DNA from: Mucisphaera calidilacus
GTDB lineage: Bacteria > Planctomycetota > Phycisphaerae > Phycisphaerales > Phycisphaeraceae
Assembly: GCF_007748075.1 (NCBI RefSeq)
Contig: NZ_CP036280.1
Location: forward strand, 510,001-542,000
Length of the DNA: 32,000 nucleotides
Direction of reading: 5' to 3'
Shown here piece after piece: positions 1 through 8,302 of this stretch. Positions within the stretch are counted from its first letter, which is position 1. Every line of letters begins with the position of its first letter. Made by a program: the position numbers and the translations under genes. The notes beneath the pieces were generated by a model. It saw nothing but the letters and a program-made list of their open reading frames with translations, did no database searches and was not told where the DNA came from.

Positions 1-1
1 G

Positions 2-547
2 AAACGCTCCCCGCAAAGCGACCGCATCGCCGTGGTCGACGCCCGGACCGGGCGCACCCTCTCCTACGACGCCCCCAACACGCAGACCGAACGCGTCGTC
101 AAGCTCAGCGTCTTCCGACCCGACGCCTACGTCATCCCGGCAAAACACGCCGACACCTACCGCCAACTGCTCGACCACCACGACATCGCGCACGAACCCT
201 ACGACCCCAAACAACTGCGCAACAGGTCACTCGAAGTCACCCGGCTGCGCTCCGTCAGCGACAACTACGACCCGACCTACCACCGCTACGCCGGCATGCA
301 GCACGTCGAAACCCTCCAGGACCCGCCCGCCGAACTCGGACTCGACCAGCCCGGCGCAATCTGGATCGACGCCTCCCACGACAACCGCGCCATCGGCATC
401 CTCGAACCCCACATGGCCTTCGGCCTCTACCAGTGGCCGCACTACCGGGCCACCGTCGGCGACAACGGCATCATCCCCGTCTACCGCGTCATGCCCCCGC
501 TCACACCAGCCACGACGCAGGCCCCAGCGTCACCACAACCAGAATGA
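2..547 (+). CDS. hypothetical protein, C-terminal portion (5' end outside window)
   Basis: The frame of ORF 32..547 stays open back to nt 2 (..KRSPQSDRIAVVD..). Stop TGA is at 545-547. Amino-acid composition is ordinary, unlike the shadow ORFs. I recognised no family motif. The 3' end overlaps the convergent transporter gene by 47 nt. Confidence 0.5.
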   Translation, partial: KRSPQSDRIAVVDARTGRTLSYDAPNTQTERVVKLSVFRPDAYVIPAKHADTYRQLLDHHDIAHEPYDPKQLRNRSLEVTRLRSVSDNYDPTYHRYAGMQHVETLQDPPAELGLDQPGAIWIDASHDNRAIGILEPHMAFGLYQWPHYRATVGDNGIIPVYRVMPPLTPATTQAPASPQPE

Positions 548-2120
548 TCGCCGCCACAACGTGCAACAGGATCACAAACGGCAGCACCCAACGCACCCAC
601 ACCGCCCAGTCCACACGCGCCGCACCCAGCACACCCATCAGCACCGCCGACGTCGGGATCAGCGTGTTCCCCAGGCCGTCACCAAACTGAAACGACAACA
701 CACCCACCTGACGCTCAACACCGATCAGGTCACACAAAGGCGTGATGATCGGCATCGTCATCGCCGCCTGACCCGATCCCGAGGGCACGAAGAAATTCAC
801 CACCGCCTGCACAAACATCAGCACCACCGGGGCCAGCCACTCAGGCAGCGCTCCCAGCGGATCGGCCAACGCATGCAGCAGCGTGTCCAGCACCTCGCCC
901 TGACGCAGCACGATCACGATCCCCGCCGAAACCGCGATGATCAGACACGCCTCCACCATCAGCCCCGCACCCGCCACAAACTTCCTCGCCACCACGCCCG
1001 GCCCCATCCCGCCGACCACGCCCGCCAGTAACCCGCAACCCACAAACAACCCCGCCATCTCGTCGATGTACCAGCCCCACGACGACACACCCCACGCCGC
1101 CACCACCATCGACCCGAGCGTCACCAGCAGCACCCCGCCGTCACGCCAGGTCAAAGTCCCCTCATGCTCGTTCGTCGTCTCCGCCTCCGCCCGCCGCTGC
1201 GCATCCAGCGCCGCCGTCGGCGAACGCATCGGATCACTCCGAACACGCTCCGCGTGCCACAGCACGAACGCGATCCCCAGCGACGTCAGCAGACACCAGA
1301 TCACCACACGCAGACCAAAGCCCGACAGATAAGGCAGCTCCGCGATCGACTGACCGATCCCCAGCGTGAACGGGTTCATAAACGCCGCCGCGAACCCCAC
1401 CTGCGACGCGAAGTAACACATCGCCACACCCGTCACCGTGTCGTAACCCAGACGGATCGCAAGCGGGATCGTCACCAGCACAAACGCGATCGTCGACTCG
1501 CCCATCCCGAACACCGAGCCGCCCAGCGAAAACAATGCAAAACTCACCGGGATCACCAGCCAACGCAGACGCGCCGACTCCAGACCCAGCACCGCGTCAC
1601 GCAGCCCGCGATCGATCGCGCCCGTACCCAGCATGATCCCGAAAGCACCCCCGATCAGCAGCACAAATCCAATGATCTGCGCCTTGTCCTGTAAACCCAG
1701 GATCGGCGCCAGCACCATTCGACCCACCACCGTCGGCAACGACCACACACGAGACGCCCCGTCACCCTCCAGACGCTCGTACGAACCCGGGATCACCACC
1801 GTGCGGTTCCAGCCATCCGATCCCGCCAGCAGCACGTCACGACCCCTGTACGCAGCGAGATCCTCAATCGCCTCACGCGTCTCAGGGTCCAACGCCCTCC
1901 AGGCCTGCTCCGGATCCAGACCGTTCGTGAAGGCCAGCACCGTAGGCGTCGGGTCCTCGTTCGCCACCGTCACCCGGTGCAGCGTCGGGAAAAAACGCTC
2001 CTCACGCTCAAACGCTCCCCGCGGCACCACCAGCGACGCCAGGCCCGCCAGCAGCAGAACGCCCGCAAGAATCACCAACGCAGGCGGCATCGACCACGCC
2101 CTAGGCGTCGCATCACGCAT
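501..2120 (-). CDS. YfcC/DcuC-type multi-pass membrane transporter (putative basic amino acid or dipeptide carrier)
   Basis: 539 aa with many hydrophobic segments. Family-typical stretches are FFVPSGSGQAAMTMPIITPL and MNPFTLGIGQSIAELPYLSG. The ATG at 2118-2120 overlaps the upstream stop by 8 nt (ATGCGTGA), suggesting translational coupling. Confidence 0.8.
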   Translation of the reverse strand: MRDATPRAWSMPPALVILAGVLLLAGLASLVVPRGAFEREERFFPTLHRVTVANEDPTPTVLAFTNGLDPEQAWRALDPETREAIEDLAAYRGRDVLLAGSDGWNRTVVIPGSYERLEGDGASRVWSLPTVVGRMVLAPILGLQDKAQIIGFVLLIGGAFGIMLGTGAIDRGLRDAVLGLESARLRWLVIPVSFALFSLGGSVFGMGESTIAFVLVTIPLAIRLGYDTVTGVAMCYFASQVGFAAAFMNPFTLGIGQSIAELPYLSGFGLRVVIWCLLTSLGIAFVLWHAERVRSDPMRSPTAALDAQRRAEAETTNEHEGTLTWRDGGVLLVTLGSMVVAAWGVSSWGWYIDEMAGLFVGCGLLAGVVGGMGPGVVARKFVAGAGLMVEACLIIAVSAGIVIVLRQGEVLDTLLHALADPLGALPEWLAPVVLMFVQAVVNFFVPSGSGQAAMTMPIITPLCDLIGVERQVGVLSFQFGDGLGNTLIPTSAVLMGVLGAARVDWAVWVRWVLPFVILLHVVAAIILVVVTLGPASWLV

Positions 2121-3360
2121 CGTCGTCTCCCGTTAAACCCGGCCACGCGCGTGGATGCGCCGGCTCAGCAACACCACGCTCCTCAACCTCGGCCTCAATC
2201 TCAGCCCGGATCCGCTCCGCACGCTCAACATCCACGTCCGCAACAACAGCCTTCCGAGTCAACGCGACCGGCAGACCGATCACCGAAGACGCCATCACCC
2301 GCGTCACCGGATCGCTCCACGTCACCAGCCCCAGCCCCGTCTCCGACAACTTGCCGAAACCCGCGCCGAAACGCGGAGCAACCGCCTCAATCGAAGCCTC
2401 GCGATCCGCGCCCCGCGCTGCGATCAAACCCGTGTCGAGATCAATCACCGACCGGTCCGCGTCGCTCAGCATCGACATCCGATAGCCATTGCTGATCGCA
2501 CCCGGATACCTGCTGCCGGCCATCGTGCTCTTGTCAAAAGCCCGCACCACCACCACCGCCTCCTCGCCAACAGGCGTCGCAACCCGACTCACCAGGTCCA
2601 CCCTCAACGCACGGTTCTCGTTGACGCCAATCCCCATCGCGATCCCCTCGGTGTGCATCGCCACGATCAGCCGCCCCAGACGCCGACGCTCCATGAAGTG
2701 CTGATCGATCATCACACCATCGAGCAGACCCATCCCCAGCCCCACACCCACGCCACGGTCTTCCGCGACATCCGAACGACCCACCAGCAACGCCTCCACC
2801 GAATTGCCCCACCGGATCATCCGCTCCGGCATCATCGCCGCACCCGCCGACGTCCCCGCGACCACGCCGCCACGCTCCAGCACACGCAACACCGCCTCAT
2901 ACGCAGGCGTGTCCTCGTCCCCCGGCCGAAACACCGCCGTGATCCGCGACTGATCACCGCCCGTGAACCACAACGCGTCGCACGCATCGATCTGCTCGAC
3001 CACCGACGGGTCCTTCGCCGACGCGGGGTTCGCCGTCGTCACATCAATCACACGCACATCAACCGGATCCTCAGCACCGACACGCTCGAACAACGGGTAC
3101 GTCTTCGCGTGCCTCACGATGTCCTCCGCCGTCAGCCGCCCCGAACGCTCCGGCTCCCCCGACGCCGTCGGCAGCACGCCGATCCGGATGGGTGTCTCAC
3201 GCGACACACGCATCGCATCACCGATGAACACGTGAAAGATCTTCGGGTCGTCGTAATCCAAAGCCCCGCCGATGATCAGCAACCGACCCTCTCGCGGTGC
3301 CTCGGCATAGCAGGGCAGACCAACCATCACAGCAACAATCAGAGCGAACAGGTGTTTCAT
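2113..3360 (-). CDS. cphE: secreted cyanophycinase (peptidase S51) with ~100 aa C-terminal extension
   Basis: N-terminal signal peptide MKHLFALIVAVMVGLPCYAEA. Cyanophycinase-type blocks: LLIIGGAL, IGVLPTAS, WFTGGDQSRI and the nucleophile motif AGTSAGAAMM. The ATG at 3358-3360 overlaps the upstream stop by 4 nt. Confidence 0.8.
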   Translation of the reverse strand: MKHLFALIVAVMVGLPCYAEAPREGRLLIIGGALDYDDPKIFHVFIGDAMRVSRETPIRIGVLPTASGEPERSGRLTAEDIVRHAKTYPLFERVGAEDPVDVRVIDVTTANPASAKDPSVVEQIDACDALWFTGGDQSRITAVFRPGDEDTPAYEAVLRVLERGGVVAGTSAGAAMMPERMIRWGNSVEALLVGRSDVAEDRGVGVGLGMGLLDGVMIDQHFMERRRLGRLIVAMHTEGIAMGIGVNENRALRVDLVSRVATPVGEEAVVVVRAFDKSTMAGSRYPGAISNGYRMSMLSDADRSVIDLDTGLIAARGADREASIEAVAPRFGAGFGKLSETGLGLVTWSDPVTRVMASSVIGLPVALTRKAVVADVDVERAERIRAEIEAEVEERGVAEPAHPRAWPGLTGDDDA

Positions 3361-4565
3361 GTCGTTTGGGCTTCGGCATCAGGGTGTCGGTAAAGATGCT
3401 GATGGCGATCAGCATAAGCAGACCACTGCTCGGAAAAACGCCTCATCACCGGGCTGTCACTCAGACCACGCTCCGCCATCGCCACGCACAACCTCACCAT
3501 GCAACTCAGGTCGTGCACGTCGATGAACTCGCAGCCGATCCCACGCTCAGGCGTCACGTTGTGATAATTCCCCAACGGCAGGCAGATCGCGCCCGCACGC
3601 CCCAGAAACGACTGGTACACCGTCGACTCGCACGACCCGCCCGACATCAGCTCACGCCGATAGCTAAACGCGTCGTCCGCCCCCGCCAGCGACTCGGCCG
3701 TCGCCACAATCGCATCAGTCACCTCCGGCGAATACGTCGTCCTGCGATCACCCACACGCACGATCACCCCCACGCCGTGACGCGCATCACCCCGCGCCAT
3801 CGACATCTCCAGACCGACGTGAAGCGGCGCTTTCTCAGGCGACGCGAGGTTCCTGCAGTAATCGATCGCCCCGAAAAAACCACCCTCCTCCGCACGCGTG
3901 AACAACAACCCCACCGCAGGCGGCCGCTCCAGCCGCGCCAACCGCCGCGCGACCATCAGCAACGCCGCCACCGCCGCCATGTCGTCGATCGCCCGCGCGT
4001 GAACACGACCGTCAGCAACACGAGGCCCCTCCAGACGCCACATGCCGACCGATCCCGGTGCCACACGCCCCTCGACCTCAATCAGTACACGCTCCGCATC
4101 CCCAAGGCTGTTCACGCTCTCAACCGAACGCACCACGCCATCCACCGGCTTGCCCCCGAGCCGCGGCGCATCACTCAGCTTCGACCAGAACCCAGGCAGC
4201 GATCCCTCGCGCGCACGACGACCGCCCGACCAGAAACGCACCGCCTGCCCAGGCATCACCTCCGTCGGCACACGCCCCATCCAGTGCGCCTCCAACACAC
4301 CACGATTGAGCATCCGCAGGCCCCAGAAGCCCGGGTGATCCATGTGCGCACTCAACACCAGCCGCGGCCGTGTCCGCGCACCGGGCGTCACCATCACGTT
4401 GCCCACGCGGTCGCTGCGGGCATGCCAGCCGATCCGCCGCGACACGTCCGCCACACAGGCCACCACGTTCTGCTCGTGGAACGGACTCGTCGGCAACCCC
4501 AGCACCCGGCTCAGCAGAGCAAGTTCACCCCGCGACAACGACAACCTGGAACGGTCCTTATCCAT
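3357..4565 (-). CDS. M42-family dinuclear metallo-aminopeptidase (FrvX/PepA-like)
   Basis: Motifs seen: LVLSAHMDHPGF, RAIDDMAAVAALL, LFTRAEEGGFFGA, SGGSCEST and GNYHN. I place the start at the ATG at 4563-4565 (MDKDRSRLS..). The tracked GTG at 4652 would put the upstream terminator hairpin inside the coding sequence. Confidence 0.7.
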   Translation of the reverse strand: MDKDRSRLSLSRGELALLSRVLGLPTSPFHEQNVVACVADVSRRIGWHARSDRVGNVMVTPGARTRPRLVLSAHMDHPGFWGLRMLNRGVLEAHWMGRVPTEVMPGQAVRFWSGGRRAREGSLPGFWSKLSDAPRLGGKPVDGVVRSVESVNSLGDAERVLIEVEGRVAPGSVGMWRLEGPRVADGRVHARAIDDMAAVAALLMVARRLARLERPPAVGLLFTRAEEGGFFGAIDYCRNLASPEKAPLHVGLEMSMARGDARHGVGVIVRVGDRRTTYSPEVTDAIVATAESLAGADDAFSYRRELMSGGSCESTVYQSFLGRAGAICLPLGNYHNVTPERGIGCEFIDVHDLSCMVRLCVAMAERGLSDSPVMRRFSEQWSAYADRHQHLYRHPDAEAQTT

Positions 4566-4599
4566 GACGCCATCATAGAACGACACCCTCAAGGCGCAC

Positions 4600-4626
4600 A
4601 AAAAAGGGCGCCGCAGCGCAGCGCCC
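4600..4626 (-). terminator. rho-independent terminator after the PPC/dockerin PEP-CTERM gene
   Basis: The minus strand reads GGGCGC-TGCGCTGCG-GCGCCC followed by TTTTTT. It lies 23 nt downstream of the stop at 4649. Confidence 0.7.
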
Positions 4627-4648
4627 TCGTGTCGAACAGGAAACAGAA

Positions 4649-5929
4649 TCACCCGCGGCGACGAAGCGCCAGCAGACCACCCAGACCCAGCAACGCCGAC
4701 GCCGGCTCCGGAACCAACGCGACAAAACCGAAGCTGCTCGCCAGCAGCGACAAGTCGAGCAGGTCCACAAATTCGTCGCCGTTGAAGTTGCCCTGATCGT
4801 AGAACGGCTGGCCGTCCGTCTCGAAGTTCGCCGCCAACGCCGAAAGGTCCAGCAGGTCGACCGCGAAGTCAAGGTTCGCATCGCCAGGCATCGACCCGTA
4901 AAACACCGTCACCCAGTGGTTCACGTCCTCGCTGTTGAGCACGCCATCCTCGTTCGCGTCAAACGCCAGATCAGGCTCCGCCGCAACCAACGCTGCAAAC
5001 AGGTCATCCAGGTCGCCCAGACTCAGCACGCCATCCACGTTGTAATCGCCCGGGATCTCGGTGAACTCCTGCGCCAGCAGCGTGTACGGCGCCGCATCAC
5101 CCTGCCACCCATCCACCACCACGTAGTACGTCCCGCCCGCGAGACCCGGCTCGATCAGCGACTCCGGGCCGCCGACGTTCGCCGAACGACGCACCAGCGT
5201 GTCCGTGTCGTCAAACAGAAACAGGTCCAGATCGCCGACCGTGTCGTCAAAGTCAAGATTCAACTGCAGGTCGCCGCCCAGCCAGTCGAGCGCGTAAACA
5301 TCATCCGCGCCGCTGTAGTTCGTGCTCGGCCCCGGACCGAAACGACCATCCACGTCGTCCGTCGACCCCGTCGACGTATCACCCGCCGTCGCAACACCAA
5401 CAGGCAGAGGCGTCGGCAACGCCAACTCCGCCAGCGTCGGAACATCAATCGCGTCGTTCAACAGCGTCATCCGGATGTCACTCACCAGAATCGACGTCGA
5501 GCCAAACAGCGAATCGTCGAACATCTGGAACGCCAGCGAATAACCCGCGCCGCTGTCCTCCACCGAACCCAGGTTCCCCTGAACCTCGAAGTCGTCCAGC
5601 GGCAGGTCGTCCGAGAACGTGCCCGGCAGACGCGCGTCAAAACCGAACTCCAGGAAGTTGTTGTCCGAAGCCAGCACAAAGCCAAGGTCCGAACTGAACG
5701 CCCCGTCCGAATCATCCTCCGGATCATCGCCGATCGACGTCCAGTCAAACGTGAAACGCACCGCGCTGAACGACTCGCCAACCGTCGTGTCGATCACAAA
5801 CGTGTCCGAGAAAACCAGCGTCTGGGTCGCGGTGATCTCAACGTCATCAAACGTATAGGTCACATCAGCCACCGCCGACGACGACAGACCCGCCATCGCC
5901 GCAGCCATCAACATAAGTGTCTTCTTCAC
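4649..5929 (-). CDS. secreted PEP-CTERM-anchored protein with PPC (pre-peptidase C-terminal) domain and dockerin-like repeats
   Basis: A GTG at 5927-5929 is preceded by AAGGAG, 6 nt upstream. Signal peptide VKKTLMLMAAAMAGLSSSAVA. PPC-like block DVYALDWLGGDLQLNLDF..GGTYYVVVDGWQGDAAPYTL. Dockerin-like repeats DANLDFAVDLLDLSALAANF and GNFNGDEFVDLLDLSLLASSF. C-terminal anchor VPEPASALLGLGGLLALRRRG. Confidence 0.8.
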   Translation of the reverse strand: MKKTLMLMAAAMAGLSSSAVADVTYTFDDVEITATQTLVFSDTFVIDTTVGESFSAVRFTFDWTSIGDDPEDDSDGAFSSDLGFVLASDNNFLEFGFDARLPGTFSDDLPLDDFEVQGNLGSVEDSGAGYSLAFQMFDDSLFGSTSILVSDIRMTLLNDAIDVPTLAELALPTPLPVGVATAGDTSTGSTDDVDGRFGPGPSTNYSGADDVYALDWLGGDLQLNLDFDDTVGDLDLFLFDDTDTLVRRSANVGGPESLIEPGLAGGTYYVVVDGWQGDAAPYTLLAQEFTEIPGDYNVDGVLSLGDLDDLFAALVAAEPDLAFDANEDGVLNSEDVNHWVTVFYGSMPGDANLDFAVDLLDLSALAANFETDGQPFYDQGNFNGDEFVDLLDLSLLASSFGFVALVPEPASALLGLGGLLALRRRG

Positions 5930-5978
5930 GATTCTCTCCTTGCAGCTCATAAGCTCTGTGTACACGCAGACTCGGCCC

Positions 5979-6004
5979 AACATAGCCTTCTTGTGGCCAT
6001 ATCC
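5979..6004 (-). promoter_or_regulatory. weak third copy of the ATAGC..GC(T/C)ATAT upstream element
   Basis: The plus strand reads aaCATAGCcttcttgtgGCCATATcc, 50-75 nt upstream of the GTG at 5929. It resembles the elements at 11203 and 13731 but has a 9-nt instead of a 6-nt spacer. Confidence 0.25.
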
Positions 6005-6151
6005 TAGCAGGTACCATCCCGCCAACAAAACAAATGCGACGCAACTCCGGATACCCGCCAGCCACGCCGTCAAGATGGTCAAGACACGAACACTGGGAGG
6101 CCGTCACGCGGCCACATAAAGCCCGTTAGCCCGCCACCCCCGCCGACAACA

Positions 6152-6973
6152 TCACAGATCATCACCCCGCACGAACTTCAACAACAACGGCAGACCCGGC
6201 TCCACCATCTCGCCGTGATTGAATCCTTTTAACTCCCGCAGCTCCGTCCGCTCGTGACCCACCACACGCATCATCCGCCAGAAATACGCGTTCTCCTCGT
6301 AACGCCCCAGCAGCTCCAGCTCACGATCGCCCGTGATCAGCAGCATCGGCGGGCAATCCTTGCGCAAATACCAGAGCGGAGCCAGCTCATCGATCCGCGG
6401 CTCCGACCCCTCGACCCCACGCTCGCTACGCACCGTGAAATGCGTGATCGTGTGACCGCTGAAAGGCACCAGCCCCGCAAGATCATCCGGGTCAAGACCG
6501 TGCGCACCCAGCCAGCGCCGATCCAGACCCACCATGCTCGTCAGGTATCCGCCCGCCGAATGACCGCTCACATACACCCGCGCCGGATCGCCACCCAGCT
6601 CCGCGACGTGACGCATCGTCCACGCCACCGCCGCCGCCGCATCCTCGATACACACCCGCGCTTCCACCCTCGGGCTCAGCCGGTAGTTAGGCGAAACCAC
6701 CGCGATCTCCTGGTTCTTCAAACGCCCCGGGATGTAACGCTCACCCGCAACCAACCCGCCGCCGTGAAACCACACCACCGTGCTGAAACCCTCAACACGC
6801 TCGGGGTAGTACACGTCCAGCCGGCAACGCTCCTGCGCGTAGGCGTCCAGCCCGTCATCCTCGTAATACAGCACGTCAAGCCTCGTCGCGTACGCGCTGC
6901 CATCCTCCGATTGCCCCCACGCCGGCATCGTCAGCAAAGCCGCCAACACCACCAACATCCAGCACCGCATCAT
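6152..6973 (-). CDS. secreted alpha/beta-hydrolase (esterase/lipase-type)
   Basis: Signal peptide MMRCWMLVVLAALLTMPAWGQ. Oxyanion-hole block VVWFHGGGLVAG and nucleophile elbow VSGHSAGGYL. The gene starts 32 nt downstream of the GH99-like gene. Confidence 0.8.
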   Translation of the reverse strand: MMRCWMLVVLAALLTMPAWGQSEDGSAYATRLDVLYYEDDGLDAYAQERCRLDVYYPERVEGFSTVVWFHGGGLVAGERYIPGRLKNQEIAVVSPNYRLSPRVEARVCIEDAAAAVAWTMRHVAELGGDPARVYVSGHSAGGYLTSMVGLDRRWLGAHGLDPDDLAGLVPFSGHTITHFTVRSERGVEGSEPRIDELAPLWYLRKDCPPMLLITGDRELELLGRYEENAYFWRMMRVVGHERTELRELKGFNHGEMVEPGLPLLLKFVRGDDL

Positions 6974-7005
6974 CGCATGACCTCAGCAGGGGAGTGAACA
7001 ACCAA

Positions 7006-8229
7006 TCAACGCTCCAGCCTGTCCATCGCACGCCGCGCTTCATCACACCGACCATCGCTGATCATATCCGCCACCGCGTCCAAAGCCCCGCGATCCACAT
7101 CACCCGACCGCCGCAGCTCCAGCAGACGCGCCGGCAGACGCAGGTCCTCCGCCGTAAACGAAAACGCAATGCCCGCCTCCTCACGTCGAGCCGCCTGGAT
7201 GATCTCAAGAAACCGATACCCGAACTCACGCGTCGGCTCGATCACCGTCCCCTCGCCATAATCATTCCACGTCACCAGCTGCACGATTCGCCACGGCCCG
7301 TCCATGCACGCCGCAAGCGACGCTTCAAGCGTCGCGCCCTCGCGATGATCCAGCTCAATCATCGGCCGGTCATACACATCCTTGAAACCAGGCACCGCCG
7401 ACACAATCACACGCTCGGGATCGCCACCACTCACGTAATCGAACAGCTGGTGCAGCTTCCGCTTCACGTCCTCAGCCCCCGCCGAATCCTCCCACGCGTC
7501 CGCGTGCACCCACGTAAACCCGCCGTCACCCTCCACGCCGCGCCACAGATGATGCAGCGCAAAAAACACGGGACGCACAGCCACCGAACCCAACGCCGCC
7601 TCCCACGCCGACGCATCCTTCACGTAGATCGGCCCGAAATTCAGCAGCAACGGTCGGCCGTCCACACGCTCGTAGTGCGCATGACGAAACCAGTGCAGGT
7701 CCAGCCAACGCACCATCGCCGTCAGGTGCTCCGCCACATCCCCCTCATCCAGCCGCTCCTGCTCGACCAACGACTGCACCGTCCGGTCCTCGAAACAGAC
7801 CGCGAACGTCATACCCACCCGAGCCGCTACCGTGAACAACGCCTGCGACCCGACGTGATTATCCGGGTAGTCATACAGATCCGAGATCCCGTACCAGTCC
7901 ACAATCACGCCATCCACACCCGCCAGCTTCATCTGCAGCAACTGGCACTCGATCACGTCCGGGTCCGCCGAGTCATACGTCCCGATCAACGGGTAATAAT
8001 GCGACCAGACGTCGCGCCGCCCCGACGCATCCACATCCTCCGGGTCGTGCCTCCCCCATCCCGTCCAGTGCCCGCCCCACGCCTCACGCACCTCAGGCGT
8101 CGTGTACCACGGCATGTAATGCATCAGCAGACGCTTACCCGGAGTTGACTCACGATCAGCCTGTGCCCAGACAACGCCGCCGCACACCACATTCACGAGC
8201 AGCACCAGCGTCAGGATCCGTAAACGCAT
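7006..8229 (-). CDS. secreted GH99-like glycoside hydrolase (paralog 1, no anchor)
   Basis: I place the start at the ATG at 8227-8229 (MRLRILTLVLLVNVVCGGVVWAQA signal). Blocks MHYMPWY, WSHYYPLIGTYDSADPDVIECQLLQMKLAGVDGVIVDWYG, FAVCFEDR and LVTWNDYGEGTVIEPT resemble the GH99 endo-alpha-mannosidase pattern (S.fYPxlGpYSSxDp..SWwg, EPY, NEWhEGT). The family call is from memory of the pattern only. Confidence 0.75.
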   Translation of the reverse strand: MRLRILTLVLLVNVVCGGVVWAQADRESTPGKRLLMHYMPWYTTPEVREAWGGHWTGWGRHDPEDVDASGRRDVWSHYYPLIGTYDSADPDVIECQLLQMKLAGVDGVIVDWYGISDLYDYPDNHVGSQALFTVAARVGMTFAVCFEDRTVQSLVEQERLDEGDVAEHLTAMVRWLDLHWFRHAHYERVDGRPLLLNFGPIYVKDASAWEAALGSVAVRPVFFALHHLWRGVEGDGGFTWVHADAWEDSAGAEDVKRKLHQLFDYVSGGDPERVIVSAVPGFKDVYDRPMIELDHREGATLEASLAACMDGPWRIVQLVTWNDYGEGTVIEPTREFGYRFLEIIQAARREEAGIAFSFTAEDLRLPARLLELRRSGDVDRGALDAVADMISDGRCDEARRAMDRLER

Positions 8230-8302
8230 CAGGCCAGTCCCTGTCCATGCAGCCGGGGCAGAAATCACCCCCGAAGGCGGGGGTGAAATAACACAACAAC
8301 AT

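Noticed and set aside
4566-4652. Tracked GTG start at 4652 for the M42 peptidase gene
   Set aside because: It would overlap the upstream gene's stop and place a strong terminator hairpin and T-run inside the coding sequence. Family-like sequence begins only after the ATG at 4565.
2155-4796. Long plus-strand ORFs 2155..3393 (412 aa) and 3297..4796 (499 aa)
   Set aside because: They are extremely Arg/His/Pro/Thr/Gln-rich and low in complexity. They are exactly antisense to genes with clear family motifs (cyanophycinase, M42 peptidase). These are typical shadow frames of high-GC DNA.
6254-8148. Plus-strand ORFs 6254..6997 and 6994..8148
   Set aside because: They have the same Arg/His/Pro-rich composition and are antisense to the esterase and GH99-like genes.
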